Shown piece by piece: positions 38,604 through 48,909 of a DNA stretch of 64,000 nucleotides; position 1 is the first letter of the stretch, and every line of letters starts with the position of its first letter. The notes beneath the pieces are model-generated. The model saw only the letters and a list, made by a program, of their open reading frames with translations, did not search any database and was not told where the DNA came from. The translations under genes and the position numbers were made by a program. Where the stretch lies: positions 64,001 to 128,000 of the forward strand of contig CAVXJH010000003.1 in NCBI GenBank assembly GCA_963762115.1, written 5' to 3'. This stretch comes from Candidatus Babeliales bacterium (GTDB lineage: Bacteria > Babelota > Babeliae > Babelales > JANWKD01).

Positions 38604-39287
38604 AACAAGCAACTGTTCTGTTAACTTCTTTATATTTTCCAAATGTGATGAATATAGCTTTGGCGTCATTGCATATACATCGTAAATCATATAATTTTTT
38701 ACTGTTTTCACGCCCATGAATTTAAAGGTGTCAGTTATTTGGCGTTGTACAGGATGTTCAAGCAGAAATTTATACCACGGTTGTTTTGCAATTGAAGAGT
38801 TGATGGAAAGAACTTTGGTGATGTGATGCAAAGGTTCTGCGCATTCTCCACCCTTGTATTGCCATGCATAACGCGTGATTAGATCAATCCATGCTTTTAC
38901 TATGCCAGGTGTTGAATACCAATACACGGGGAAAAATAAGATGAGTCTATCGGCTTGAAGTATTAATTCTTTATTTTGTTGAAAAAAGGGAGAAGCTTCT
39001 AATTGTTGCATATCATGCACGTAAAAAGGAATTTCTTGTGCATGATCATAAAGATCTAAGGTTAAAAGTTCTAGGTTGTTTTTTGTGGCAAGAAATTCTG
39101 AAATAGCATCATATAATGAATAGGTTAATGATTGTTTGACGTCATGAGCGACAACCATTAATACTTTTGTTGTTTCTGTCGGATTTATTGGTTGTTCAAG
39201 AGCGAAGGAAAAAACTGTTTTTTGAGAAAAAATGCATAAGATAGAGAGCAGTACGATTATTTTATTTTTCATTATCATCATCATCAT
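38601..39287 (-). CDS. NAD(P)H-dependent oxidoreductase (flavodoxin-2 / quinone reductase family) with N-terminal signal-like segment
   Basis: VLMVVAH...SLT, LDLYD, ADRLILFFPVYWYSTPGIVKAWID. Confidence 0.88.
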   Translation of the reverse strand: MMMMIMKNKIIVLLSILCIFSQKTVFSFALEQPINPTETTKVLMVVAHDVKQSLTYSLYDAISEFLATKNNLELLTLDLYDHAQEIPFYVHDMQQLEASPFFQQNKELILQADRLILFFPVYWYSTPGIVKAWIDLITRYAWQYKGGECAEPLHHITKVLSINSSIAKQPWYKFLLEHPVQRQITDTFKFMGVKTVKNYMIYDVYAMTPKLYSSHLENIKKLTEQLLV

Positions 39288-39305
39288 CCTTACATTTTTT
39301 TGTGT

Positions 39306-39599
39306 TTAATCTTTTTTTTCTTTTTTATGGCGCCTATTATATTCTTTTTTGAGAGTATAACATCCTTTGCCGATGTTCCATGTACCAATGCTAGTGATTA
39401 TACCAAGTGCGCAGGGGAAAGCTATTTCTTCAGGAAAATAGTTTGTTGCAAGAGTAAATGTTGTTGTTCCAGCAGTATAACTTATGCAGAATAGACTCAT
39501 AGCATAACAACAGGAAAGATTATTTTTTTTTGCATTATCATGATGCATGCTGTAGGCACTGGTAAAGAGCAACAACAGTAAAAGTATAAGTTTTTTCAT
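39306..39599 (-). CDS. Small secreted/membrane hypothetical protein
   Basis: Signal ..AYS|MH; hydrophobic hairpin; basic tail. Confidence 0.6.
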   Translation of the reverse strand: MKKLILLLLLLFTSAYSMHHDNAKKNNLSCCYAMSLFCISYTAGTTTFTLATNYFPEEIAFPCALGIITSIGTWNIGKGCYTLKKEYNRRHKKEKKD

Positions 39600-39617
39600 A
39601 ATGGTTAATTAAGATTA

Positions 39618-39926
39618 TTAATCGTCGTGTTTTTTGCAAGCATTAAAAATGGCACATCCTATGGCGACGATTGCATGTGCGCCATTACTGAGGCCGCAAG
39701 AGGGGGTTATCTCATCGATAGGAAGAGTATTCATGAGTCGTTGTGAGGTCATAATGCAATCCAGGAATCCTTCTGCGAGAGTGGTTGTAGTACAGCAAGG
39801 TAATTCGGTTGTTTTGTTGAAAAGATCTATTGTTCCTGGTGGTTGTTGATCCATTGAAAATGTATAAGAAGAAAACGTAGAAAACACTACAACAAAAATT
39901 AAAATATGTCGTTTCATGATGCTCAC
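39618..39926 (-). CDS. Small Cys-containing secreted hypothetical protein (likely ATG at 39917)
   Basis: Signal ..TFS|MD. Confidence 0.6.
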   Translation of the reverse strand: MSIMKRHILIFVVVFSTFSSYTFSMDQQPPGTIDLFNKTTELPCCTTTTLAEGFLDCIMTSQRLMNTLPIDEITPSCGLSNGAHAIVAIGCAIFNACKKHDD

Positions 39927-40021
39927 TTTATTTGAAGCGGTATATATACTATAAAAAAAGTATCAAGAAAGTATCATAAAGTTGCATAAAAGACAATGAT
40001 TATTGGTTAAAAATGAATCTT

Positions 40022-40567
40022 TTAGTTATCTTTAGGATAATCATTCACAATTTCTTGAGTAGATTTTCCATAAAATCTTTCTTTGATTTTAAGATAATTT
40101 ACATAGTTTTTTGCTTTACACAACTCATAAAAACCATCGATTGAACAAAAGCCTGCCAAACCTCCGGCAAGAAAACCAAGGGTTTTTGTTACACTGATTT
40201 TTTCGCTTTCATGATTGCCAAAAAAATGATGCAAAGTGAATAATCCACCAGCGACGAATCCTGAGGTTATCCCGATTAAAAATCTTTTTCTACTTGCATG
40301 ATGTTTTTCTTGTGTGGATTTTTCTCTTGTTGTGATATAGCCATGATTATGCAATTTTTTCGTAGCTCTTTCATGCGCCGATTTTTCTTGACGTTCTACA
40401 GCATCGATATGATCGCTTGTTTGAATTCTTGTCAGAAGACTGACTGGCTTCCGAACATAGTGCCAAGCAAAAAATGGCCATGTTTTTTTGTCAACTTCGT
40501 TCCAACCGGCATTGGCATTGAGTATAATGTTTGCGATCGTGAGTAATAAGATAATTTTTTTATACAT
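40022..40567 (-). CDS. Secreted/membrane hypothetical protein
   Basis: Signal ..ANA|; two Gly-rich TM helices. Confidence 0.65.
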   Translation of the reverse strand: MYKKIILLLTIANIILNANAGWNEVDKKTWPFFAWHYVRKPVSLLTRIQTSDHIDAVERQEKSAHERATKKLHNHGYITTREKSTQEKHHASRKRFLIGITSGFVAGGLFTLHHFFGNHESEKISVTKTLGFLAGGLAGFCSIDGFYELCKAKNYVNYLKIKERFYGKSTQEIVNDYPKDN

Positions 40568-40948
40568 ACAATACTCTTATTTTTATTTTTAATACTATTA
40601 AACTTTTATGAAATTATATCTGAAATCGTATAGGAAAAATAGGTGAGAGTAAATATAAGTTCTTTAATAAGGAAAATAAATTGGTGGGTAAGATGGTTCA
40701 TAAATCACAACAGGGGCATAATACGTGTATAACATGGGCTCAATAGTATTTTAATGGTTAAAAATATGGTTATAGTACAAAAAAATAAAACAAAATGCCG
40801 ATAAAGGCATGATTTTAAAATAAATCATAATAGGAATAATGAAAGCATTACGGTGTTATTTATAATGATTTTTTATTTTAAATTTAGCAGCTGTTTGCCC
40901 GCAAGTAAAGGTAAATAATAAGATTTTTGTAAGATTATAAAAATTATA

Positions 40949-41000
40949 AAAAAAGAGAGTCGCTTTCTAGAATAATTCCTAGAAAGCGACTCTCTTTTTT
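40949..41000 (-). terminator. Intrinsic terminator
   Basis: aaaaaagagagtcgctttctag / ctagaaagcgactctctttttt. Confidence 0.85.
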
Positions 41001-41020
41001 ACAGGTAAATAAGGTCTTTT

Positions 41021-41497
41021 TTATTCTTCAATAATGCTATTTAAATCTAATCTAACGGCGGGTTTTAATGTTTTTTTCTTTTTTGGTGTTTTCTTTGGAC
41101 GAGGTTTTGCGTCTTCTGTAATTGCATATAAGCCCGTATTTAAAGATTTTGACTTTGGTGCTTGAAGTTTGGTTCTAGCAGAACTTGTGTTAGACGATTT
41201 TGATTTTTCTGGTAAATTTTTCACTCGCGCTCTTTCTTCACAGCCAAATTTAGTTTGTTCTTGTTGAACGAGTTCTTGATTAATCTGCCATTTTGGGCGA
41301 GATTTAGTGCCTTCATCTGCTTTTCGTAAAAAGCTAGGCATCTCTGATGCTGTTTCTTCTTCTGAACCTGCTAATAAGAGAGCCAATACCTCTTCATATT
41401 CTGCCGGCATTTCTTCTTTTTCCATGGCTTGCAGGGTACATGATAAAAATGCTGCACTCAAACCAGCGAATATGACATATTGTTTAAAGTTTTTCAT
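41021..41497 (-). CDS. Secreted hypothetical protein, acidic N-half and basic C-tail
   Basis: Signal ..LQA|ME; KPRPKKTPKKKK; AAGGA RBS. Confidence 0.7.
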   Translation of the reverse strand: MKNFKQYVIFAGLSAAFLSCTLQAMEKEEMPAEYEEVLALLLAGSEEETASEMPSFLRKADEGTKSRPKWQINQELVQQEQTKFGCEERARVKNLPEKSKSSNTSSARTKLQAPKSKSLNTGLYAITEDAKPRPKKTPKKKKTLKPAVRLDLNSIIEE

Positions 41498-41688
41498 ATA
41501 AATATCCTTTATATAGGGGTGATTAATAGTTTTATAATACTAATAGTAACAAATTTTAAGGTTTTGTCAATGGGTAGTGGTTAGGGGCTAATTGCAAAGT
41601 TATCTTATTTTATCTACACTCATCGAAAACAACGTTTGAAAAAATGCTTTTCTTCATTGGTTTTACAAAAACTCACTAAAGGAGCCCT

Positions 41689-43083
41689 ATGAAAAAAAAA
41701 TTAGTTGCGAGTTATATTTCTGGCATTTGTGATCAGGCTCATGGTGAGAGTTGTTGGACAATTTTAACCTATTTTGTACCTGAGTTTATTACTTCTTTGG
41801 TGTTGCTCTTAAGTTTGATTGATTCTCAGTGGATTTCATTATTAAAATCAACTTCTATATATGCAACGGTGGGTACCACTAACACGTTATTGCATGTCAT
41901 CACAAAGCTGGCCGAAGGTTTTTGTGTTGGCACTGTTGTCATGACGGGACATTTTAATGGACTTGAAGATTTCAAGCAGGCGGGGCGAACGCTTGTAGAT
42001 GCTTTTTGGGTAACCGTCGCTTCAGGCTTGGTTATTTCAGGCATTCTTTTTTTTGGGGCGTATTGGATTTTTTATTTATATGGTGTACCGGCAAAAATGA
42101 TTGCTTTGGGTGTACCATATTTACGCTTAAAAGCGGTCAGTATATTTTTTATGTTTATTTATTTTGCGGTGATTGGTTTTTTGCGCGGTATAAAAAAACC
42201 TCGCATCCCTATGCAGATTTTTATGTTTGGGGCTGTTTTATTTCTCTTTTTTGATTATGTATTAATCTTTGGAAAATGGGGTTTTCCTGAAATGCAGTTG
42301 CAAGGTTCTGCGATTGCTTCAGTCATTCAATATGCAGTTATGTTACTAGCATCATTTGTCTATATTTTTTTTGACCGTGAAAATCGTAAATATGGAATCG
42401 AGCTTTTTTCTCCTGTCAAAGATTGGAAACACATTAAAGAATTAATAACGCTTATGTTGCCCGTGATGATTGATAAGGCTACCTTAGCTGCTGCCTATAT
42501 GTGGCTTGGGTATATGATCAATCCAATGGGAAAATATGTGATTGCTAGTTTGACTGCTATAAAAGATTTGGAACGATTTGCGATATTGCCAGCTGCTGCT
42601 TTTGCCAATGTAATTACTTTCTTAGTGAGTAATGCTTATGGTCGGCATGATTGGGAAGGAATAAAAAGTAATATAAAAAAGACCGTTTTTCTTTCTTCGG
42701 TATTTGTTTTTTCAATATTGTTACTTTTTTCATTGTGGCCGGAATATTTTATTTCATTATTTGATCAAAAAAATAAATTTACTGCCTTTTCGGCCCGAAT
42801 TTTTCCGATGTTGAGTATACTTGTGTTTTTTGATTTGTTACAATTGATTCTCTCAGGTGCATTACGTGGTGCAGCAAATGTAAACGCCGTTATGTGGGTG
42901 CGTTTGGCTGTATGCGTATTTTATTTTGCTCCTGTATCGTGGATTTTGGCACATTTGCCACTTGAAAATTTAACCCTGAAATTTTTGTTGGTATATAGCT
43001 CATTTTATATTGGTAATGCTTTAATGAGTCTTATTTATATTCACAGATTCCGTGGTGAACGGTGGCAACGTAAAACTATTTAA
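41689..43083 (+). CDS. MATE family efflux transporter
   Basis: About 12 TM helices; YLRL, LIFGKWGFPEM...G.AIAS, LSGALRGA. Confidence 0.9.
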   Translation: MKKKLVASYISGICDQAHGESCWTILTYFVPEFITSLVLLLSLIDSQWISLLKSTSIYATVGTTNTLLHVITKLAEGFCVGTVVMTGHFNGLEDFKQAGRTLVDAFWVTVASGLVISGILFFGAYWIFYLYGVPAKMIALGVPYLRLKAVSIFFMFIYFAVIGFLRGIKKPRIPMQIFMFGAVLFLFFDYVLIFGKWGFPEMQLQGSAIASVIQYAVMLLASFVYIFFDRENRKYGIELFSPVKDWKHIKELITLMLPVMIDKATLAAAYMWLGYMINPMGKYVIASLTAIKDLERFAILPAAAFANVITFLVSNAYGRHDWEGIKSNIKKTVFLSSVFVFSILLLFSLWPEYFISLFDQKNKFTAFSARIFPMLSILVFFDLLQLILSGALRGAANVNAVMWVRLAVCVFYFAPVSWILAHLPLENLTLKFLLVYSSFYIGNALMSLIYIHRFRGERWQRKTI

Positions 43084-43110
43084 ATACTACATTGGTGAGG
43101 TACGCTATTC

Positions 43111-43401
43111 ATGCAAAAAATTTCTAAAGAAGAACTTTTAAATTTAGCCCGTTTATCACGCTTGGCATTAGATGAAGGTGAAATAAATTCATTGATGCAG
43201 CAGATTGAAGCGGTGTTAAGCTATGCACAAAGAGTTCAAGAAATTGCACAAACAGGGATATTGCCTAACCAGTTCACAAAAAATGTTAATGTTATGCGTG
43301 AAGATGTTGTTATTCCTACTGATTCGGCACCAATTTTAGAACAAGCTCCTGAAAGCGAACAGCATTATTTTGTTGTACCTGTCATCTTAGAACATAATTA
43401 G
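43111..43401 (+). CDS. gatC: Asp/Glu-tRNA amidotransferase subunit C
   Basis: LARLSRL, NVMRED, L.QAP.....YFVVP; directly upstream of gatA. Confidence 0.93.
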   Translation: MQKISKEELLNLARLSRLALDEGEINSLMQQIEAVLSYAQRVQEIAQTGILPNQFTKNVNVMREDVVIPTDSAPILEQAPESEQHYFVVPVILEHN

Positions 43402-43409
43402 GGAATCGA

Positions 43410-44861
43410 TTGCTTATGAATACGCTTGCTTTTGCAACAATCCGTGAATTACAAGAACAATTAACACAAAAAAAAATTTCTCATCCAGAATTATTGGATT
43501 TTTTTATTGACCGTTTTGCTCAATATGATGCAAAAATAGGCTCTTCTTTAGAGATATTTTCAAAAGATTCAATTTTCAAAGAATATATTCCTACAGGAAT
43601 TTTGAATGGTATTCCAGGTTTTATTAAAGATAATATTTGCCAACAAAATCGTATTGCTTCATGCGCATCAAAAATGTTGGAGAATTATAGAGCAACCTAT
43701 GATGCAACGGCAATTGCACGTTTAAAGCATGAAGGTGCTTTGTGTATAGGGCGAGCAAACATGGATGAATTTGCCATGGGTAGCTCAACGGAAACATCAG
43801 CATTTCAAAAAACGAGAAATCCTTGGAATCTTGATCGAGTTCCTGGCGGTTCAAGTGGTGGTTCTATTGCCGCTGTTGCTGCGGGGTTAATTCCGTGGTC
43901 GCTTGGTTCTGAGACAGGTGGGTCTGTCCGTCAACCAGCAGCATTTTGTGGTATTGTTGGTTTAAAGCCAACGTATGGATTAATTTCGCGATATGGCTTA
44001 ATTGCATACGCTTCATCATTTGATCAGATTGGTATTGCAACGCGTACGGTGCATGATAATGCATTAGTGTTAAGTGCAATTGCTGGTGTTGATCCTAAAG
44101 ATTCTACAACGCTTGCCGTTGAGAAAAAAGATTACACAAAATCTTTGCATGCTGGTATTAAGCCTGGTCTTAAAATAGGTATCATTGATAATGCTTTAAA
44201 TGTTGAAGGTGTTGATGGTCAAGTGCACACAGCCATTACCGATGCGATTAAAGAGTTTGAAAAAATGGGTGCTTCTGTGCAGACAGTTTCATTGCCAAGC
44301 ATGGATTATGGTGCAGCAATCTATTTCATTTTAAGCCGCGCTGAAGCTGCTTCTAACTTAGCACGGTTCGATGGTGTGCGTTATGGCTTACGCGATCAAG
44401 AAGCGCATTCGTTGTTGCAACTTTATGAAAAATCACGTCAAGCTGGTTTTGGCAAAGAGGTAAAAGCACGAATTATGATTGGTAATTATGTATTATCAGT
44501 TGGTCATGCGGCAGAATTTTATAATAATGCAAAAATTGCTCAACAGATGATGCGACATGAATTTGATCAGATTTTCAGGCAAGTAGATATTCTTGTTGCG
44601 CCAACAACGCCCACAACAGCATTTAAGTTTGGTGCTTTTGATGATAATAAGTTGCAAATGGATCTTCAAGATTATTTTACGTGTGCTATGAATATTACCG
44701 GTATTCCTGCATTGTCGATTCCTTGTGGTTTTTCAACTGATGCTCTGCCGATTGGTTTTCAGTTGATAGGGCCACATTTAAGTGAAGAATTACTTTTGCA
44801 AACTGCCTATGCTTATGAACAAAAAACGGCATGGCATACAAAACATCCTGCAGGATATTAA
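43410..44861 (+). CDS. gatA: Asp/Glu-tRNA amidotransferase subunit A
   Basis: Amidase signature IKDNI, NMDEFAMGSS, PGGSSGGS, GSETGGSVRQPA, SNLARFDGVRYG. Confidence 0.97.
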   Translation: MLMNTLAFATIRELQEQLTQKKISHPELLDFFIDRFAQYDAKIGSSLEIFSKDSIFKEYIPTGILNGIPGFIKDNICQQNRIASCASKMLENYRATYDATAIARLKHEGALCIGRANMDEFAMGSSTETSAFQKTRNPWNLDRVPGGSSGGSIAAVAAGLIPWSLGSETGGSVRQPAAFCGIVGLKPTYGLISRYGLIAYASSFDQIGIATRTVHDNALVLSAIAGVDPKDSTTLAVEKKDYTKSLHAGIKPGLKIGIIDNALNVEGVDGQVHTAITDAIKEFEKMGASVQTVSLPSMDYGAAIYFILSRAEAASNLARFDGVRYGLRDQEAHSLLQLYEKSRQAGFGKEVKARIMIGNYVLSVGHAAEFYNNAKIAQQMMRHEFDQIFRQVDILVAPTTPTTAFKFGAFDDNKLQMDLQDYFTCAMNITGIPALSIPCGFSTDALPIGFQLIGPHLSEELLLQTAYAYEQKTAWHTKHPAGY

Positions 44862-44911
44862 TTTAAATAGTATAATATATAATAACGTGTATAAAACAGA
44901 TATAAACTTGT

Positions 44912-45586
44912 GTGTTGGGGTTTTTTATGATGCGTAGAATATTATTTTTTATTGCTCTTTTTTGTTTGACGTTTGCTAGTAAAGGTATGCAGGAATCGAA
45001 ATTTTTTTGTAGAGAATTATTGCATCTGGGCCAAAAAACTAAGGTAACAATAGAAAAAAAAGGCACTGTTAAGAGTTTGACCGAAGATGAACATACAAAA
45101 ATTTTCAATTTTTCTCAGCAGCTTTCAATTTCTAATGAGCAGAAAGAGCAATTATATTCTGATATTTATGATTTTATCGGCAACCCACGTATTGAACCAT
45201 CAATAACCTTTTATGATTTTGTTAATTATACTTATAATAATTATATTTTTAAAAGATTTATCATTAAAAAAGGTAAGTTATTTTCCGAAGTAACTGAAGA
45301 ACATTGTCAAGCAATTGCTCGGTGGTTAGCACAAAATAATATAGATCATACTCATAATCGGCAACAAGTTTCAGTGATCAATCAGGGTAGATATTTTTTA
45401 CTGAGTGCAGATGATATTTCACTCTATCAACAAATGGCTGTCACGCCAATTCGTAAAAAAGCTATGAAAAAGAAGAACATTATTGCATGTGTGGCAATTA
45501 AAGAAGATCAATGTGAAGATATTACCGATGAAGGTTTATCGTCAGCAAACTTAAAATTTCATTCTAGGCTAGTAGAAAATAATTAG
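44912..45586 (+). CDS. Secreted hypothetical protein (likely ATG at 44927/44930)
   Basis: Signal ..SKG|MQ. Confidence 0.65.
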   Translation: MLGFFMMRRILFFIALFCLTFASKGMQESKFFCRELLHLGQKTKVTIEKKGTVKSLTEDEHTKIFNFSQQLSISNEQKEQLYSDIYDFIGNPRIEPSITFYDFVNYTYNNYIFKRFIIKKGKLFSEVTEEHCQAIARWLAQNNIDHTHNRQQVSVINQGRYFLLSADDISLYQQMAVTPIRKKAMKKKNIIACVAIKEDQCEDITDEGLSSANLKFHSRLVENN

Positions 45587-45692
45587 CAATTTGTTAATTT
45601 ATTTAAATATGTTGCCTTACTCTTTTCTATAAATATATACTGAATGTCTAGGGGAATAGACAAATGACCTTTCGCAAAAGAAAGGTAGGTAT

Positions 45693-46547
45693 ATGTTTTG
45701 GGGACGATATTTAATTTTTTTAATGGTATTTATGATGCCATTATATGGTTATGCGTGCAACAAGTATCACAGAAGCCATTATCAGACGAATACATGTAAA
45801 AAATTTAAACAAAAAAAAAAGAAAGATCGTTTGCCCTATCGTATGGTGAATGGTGTTGCTACTTTGTTGGAAGAAGCAATTCTTTTAAATCGCAATTTAT
45901 TGAGCCTTGATACGGTGAAAGTTTTTACTGCATTCACGCCGTTATATATTGCAACACGCATGGCAGATCATCCTTTGCATGAAAAATTTTATGATGCTCA
46001 CCATCACAAAAACAAAAATCAGATGCCGGATACTTTGGTGAAAGTCGTAAATAAGGGTGGCGATGTTGGTATTATTGGTTTAACGAGTCTTGCATTTCTT
46101 TCATCTGATGAGAGATTACGTTTAACAGCACGAATATTTGGCATTGGTGCTGCATCGGCATTGCTTGCAAAAGATATTGTAAAAAAAATGCGCGTAAAGG
46201 CATGCATTCGGCCCTGGAATGAAAAATTTAGTAATAAAAAACGTGCTTATGGTGGATTTCCCTCAGGACATATGATTGAGGCAACCTATATGCTTACGCT
46301 GTGGGGTTTGCAATATGGTTTGAAAGCAGCCATTCCTTTGGGTTTATTTGCTGGTTTATCATTTGGTGTATTGGTCGGTAGTAATCGCCATTTTATCTCC
46401 CAAGTTATTGCCGGTGCTGGCTTTGGCGTTGCCTATGGCCTTGCAGCTAATTCTTTAATCAATACCAAAATTTCTGAGACTATTACGTTTGATTTTTGTT
46501 ATAACGAACGAAAACTACCAACCATATCACTTGCGTATAGTTTTTGA
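45693..46547 (+). CDS. PAP2 family phosphatase
   Basis: K......RP, FPSGH, RHF.SQV.AG motifs. Confidence 0.85.
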   Translation: MFWGRYLIFLMVFMMPLYGYACNKYHRSHYQTNTCKKFKQKKKKDRLPYRMVNGVATLLEEAILLNRNLLSLDTVKVFTAFTPLYIATRMADHPLHEKFYDAHHHKNKNQMPDTLVKVVNKGGDVGIIGLTSLAFLSSDERLRLTARIFGIGAASALLAKDIVKKMRVKACIRPWNEKFSNKKRAYGGFPSGHMIEATYMLTLWGLQYGLKAAIPLGLFAGLSFGVLVGSNRHFISQVIAGAGFGVAYGLAANSLINTKISETITFDFCYNERKLPTISLAYSF

Positions 46548-46550
46548 CGG

Positions 46551-47048
46551 TTACCCTACTTCAACGAAAAAGATGAGTAGTTTAATAATTGTTTTGACCA
46601 CAAAAGCTTTAATAATTATTTCCAGTGAATCAAAAAAAAAGCAGGTATGTTTTGGGGCATTAATAATATTTTTGGGGATATATTCAAGAATTTTATTTTT
46701 CAGCCCAGAATTTTTTGTTAAATCGGCATTTTCTGTATAAATTTCACTATGTTTAACATAAATTGCATAGGAACAATATAAAAGCATGGAAAAATCTATG
46801 CCATATTTTGAAAAAAAAGTCATATATTTTTTAAATTTTTTATGCAAAGAAATCGAAGAAGTATTTTGTAGTGGTTGTTGCATATAATAATGCTGTAAAT
46901 AGGGTTTTTCAGCATAAAGTTGTGCAACATGTTGTTCAATGCTTTTATTTTTACTGTGTAGAAATGATGAAGAGTGCCTCGTGGGCGCTCTTTTTTTTGT
47001 TTTGTGTGGCAATGAGCGGCGTACTGATACTGAGTATGAGCACGCCAC
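46551..47048 (-). CDS. Hypothetical protein
   Basis: ORF fills the gap downstream of 47064-48029; no motif. Confidence 0.45.
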   Translation of the reverse strand: MACSYSVSVRRSLPHKTKKRAPTRHSSSFLHSKNKSIEQHVAQLYAEKPYLQHYYMQQPLQNTSSISLHKKFKKYMTFFSKYGIDFSMLLYCSYAIYVKHSEIYTENADLTKNSGLKNKILEYIPKNIINAPKHTCFFFDSLEIIIKAFVVKTIIKLLIFFVEVG

Positions 47049-47063
47049 TAAAATAATATTTTT

Positions 47064-48029
47064 TTAAATACATTCGATTGTGTTGGTAGTAACAACACTA
47101 ACATATTCAGGTTGCAGTTGCTGTACTCGTTGTTGTTGAAATCTTGGAATAAATTTGTCATGCATAATGGCGCTGCTATAATCACTCATCCAAGCAAGCA
47201 GAACATCTTTTAAAAACACTAAGCGTTTAATTTTTGTGTGCGCTTGCACAAGTTCAATCTCTTGTTTGGGGAAAATATATCCCAATTTTGTGTAGTTGAG
47301 CCATTCATGTATTCGTATAAATTGATTAAGCTGTGCCAATTCGTGGTCAACCGCATTATTGAATTTAACAATTGGCGTCATTAAATCTGCGCCATGAACA
47401 GGCAGATATTTTGCTTTAATGGCATTAAACAATTCTTCTGCCACTTCTTGATGAGGTACTTCAAGCATGACTTCAACGGGAATATGTTCTTTCCAGCTTG
47501 CCCACGTATTTTTTTTCATAACTTTATATGATGTATTGTATAACTTTATTAAATATGTTGCGTAGAGGGCGACGAGTGCTCCTGCGGTAATGGTATAAGG
47601 ATTAAGTGAGCAAGCAGTGTTTTTGAAGCTTGTGAGCATTTCACCCACAGAAGGAAGTTGCCAGGATGGTTGTGGGGAATTGTTTGTTTCTAATGCAGGT
47701 TGCGTGTTTGGGGTTCTTATTGTTGGCGGTGGTAATGTAGGGGTTGGCACTGATGATTCTTGTAGTAAAGATGGTTGTAGGGGTGTTTGTGGTGTTGCAA
47801 TACTTGGTGTTGTTGGTGCTGGTAGGTAACGAGGTTGTTCTTGCGTTACTAAGCGATATACAATGGGTGGTTGGTGGTTTGCTGTTTCGTGACCATCGAT
47901 TCTATTGCTTGCGCTATTGAAATTATTGCTTGAAACATACACCGTTACATTTTTTCTTTTTGGTGTTGCTTCTTCGCTGTTTGTAGCATCAATTGCTAAT
48001 AATATTGCAATAAGTGTTGTATATTTCAT
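47064..48029 (-). CDS. Secreted Pro/Thr-rich linker protein with TM helix
   Basis: Signal peptide, P/T/Q-rich region, TM helix, W..WK domain; AAGGA RBS. Confidence 0.7.
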   Translation of the reverse strand: MKYTTLIAILLAIDATNSEEATPKRKNVTVYVSSNNFNSASNRIDGHETANHQPPIVYRLVTQEQPRYLPAPTTPSIATPQTPLQPSLLQESSVPTPTLPPPTIRTPNTQPALETNNSPQPSWQLPSVGEMLTSFKNTACSLNPYTITAGALVALYATYLIKLYNTSYKVMKKNTWASWKEHIPVEVMLEVPHQEVAEELFNAIKAKYLPVHGADLMTPIVKFNNAVDHELAQLNQFIRIHEWLNYTKLGYIFPKQEIELVQAHTKIKRLVFLKDVLLAWMSDYSSAIMHDKFIPRFQQQRVQQLQPEYVSVVTTNTIECI

Positions 48030-48050
48030 AGGCTTCCTTTTTTTTAAGTA

Positions 48051-48680
48051 TTAACCAAATTTTTCTTCTATATATTTTTTAATTCCTTGTTCTTCTGCTT
48101 CGAACACTTTTTTTCTATGGTTTATTATTTCAAGATATCCTACAAGACCCGATAAAACCGGAGTAATAACAATAGATGTTGTTATTGACCAAAAAGCTGC
48201 CTTTATTGCCGTCTGTGCTGCACTATGTTCTTCATCAACAGCTTTTTTTATTGCTGCAATTTTGTCTTTTTGTTCTTTGATTGTTTTTGGCCATTGTTTT
48301 TTTTCACTTTCGCTGAGCTTTGCCACTAAAAATTTCCATTCAGCATCAGTAAACGTTTCCAAAAAATTTTCATATCCTTCACCATCAAATGTTCTAAAAA
48401 ATGCACTTCGATGCTGTTTTGAAAATTTTAGTAATATTTTTTTTTGCTTTGCTTTTGTCAAAGAGATCACGCATTCTTTAAGTTTATCGCCTGAAATTGT
48501 CGAACAACGGATCACTTTCTTTTTTGGCTCTTTGTTTAATTGTATTGAGTTGGTTGCTTCTTGTTTGTTGTCAATATTAAGGTAAATGACCGTTTCAGCA
48601 TCAGGCAGATTAGGTGCAGAAGAGAAAAGTAGTGTAGTGTATAATGAGAAAAAGAGTAAAAGTATTCTATTTTTTGACAC
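48051..48680 (-). CDS. Hypothetical secreted protein with C-terminal TM
   Basis: GTG start with GAGG RBS, signal peptide. Confidence 0.65.
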   Translation of the reverse strand: MSKNRILLLFFSLYTTLLFSSAPNLPDAETVIYLNIDNKQEATNSIQLNKEPKKKVIRCSTISGDKLKECVISLTKAKQKKILLKFSKQHRSAFFRTFDGEGYENFLETFTDAEWKFLVAKLSESEKKQWPKTIKEQKDKIAAIKKAVDEEHSAAQTAIKAAFWSITTSIVITPVLSGLVGYLEIINHRKKVFEAEEQGIKKYIEEKFG

Positions 48681-48909
48681 CTTAGCCTCATCTTTTTAAG
48701 GGAAAAACGTATTTTATATTATATACTGCAAAAAAATGAAAAAAAACAACGGTTTCTTATTTTATAGCTAAAAAGTAACTATTTCTTGGGCTTGTGAACC
48801 TCCAGTTGTGTGATCTTGGTATTTATGGTAAAATAAAGATATTTATTTATGGTTATTTAATCTAATTTGAAAAAAATTATTAGTTGGTTATGAAAGAAGG
48901 AAATACAGA

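Noticed and set aside
39270..39290. (ATG)4 run at the oxidoreductase start as a contingency repeat
   Set aside because: Short in-frame trinucleotide run; length changes would not shift the frame.
40568..40948. ~380-bp AT-rich intergenic gap as an ncRNA or pseudogene
   Set aside because: No convincing ORF remnant, repeat or stable structure seen.
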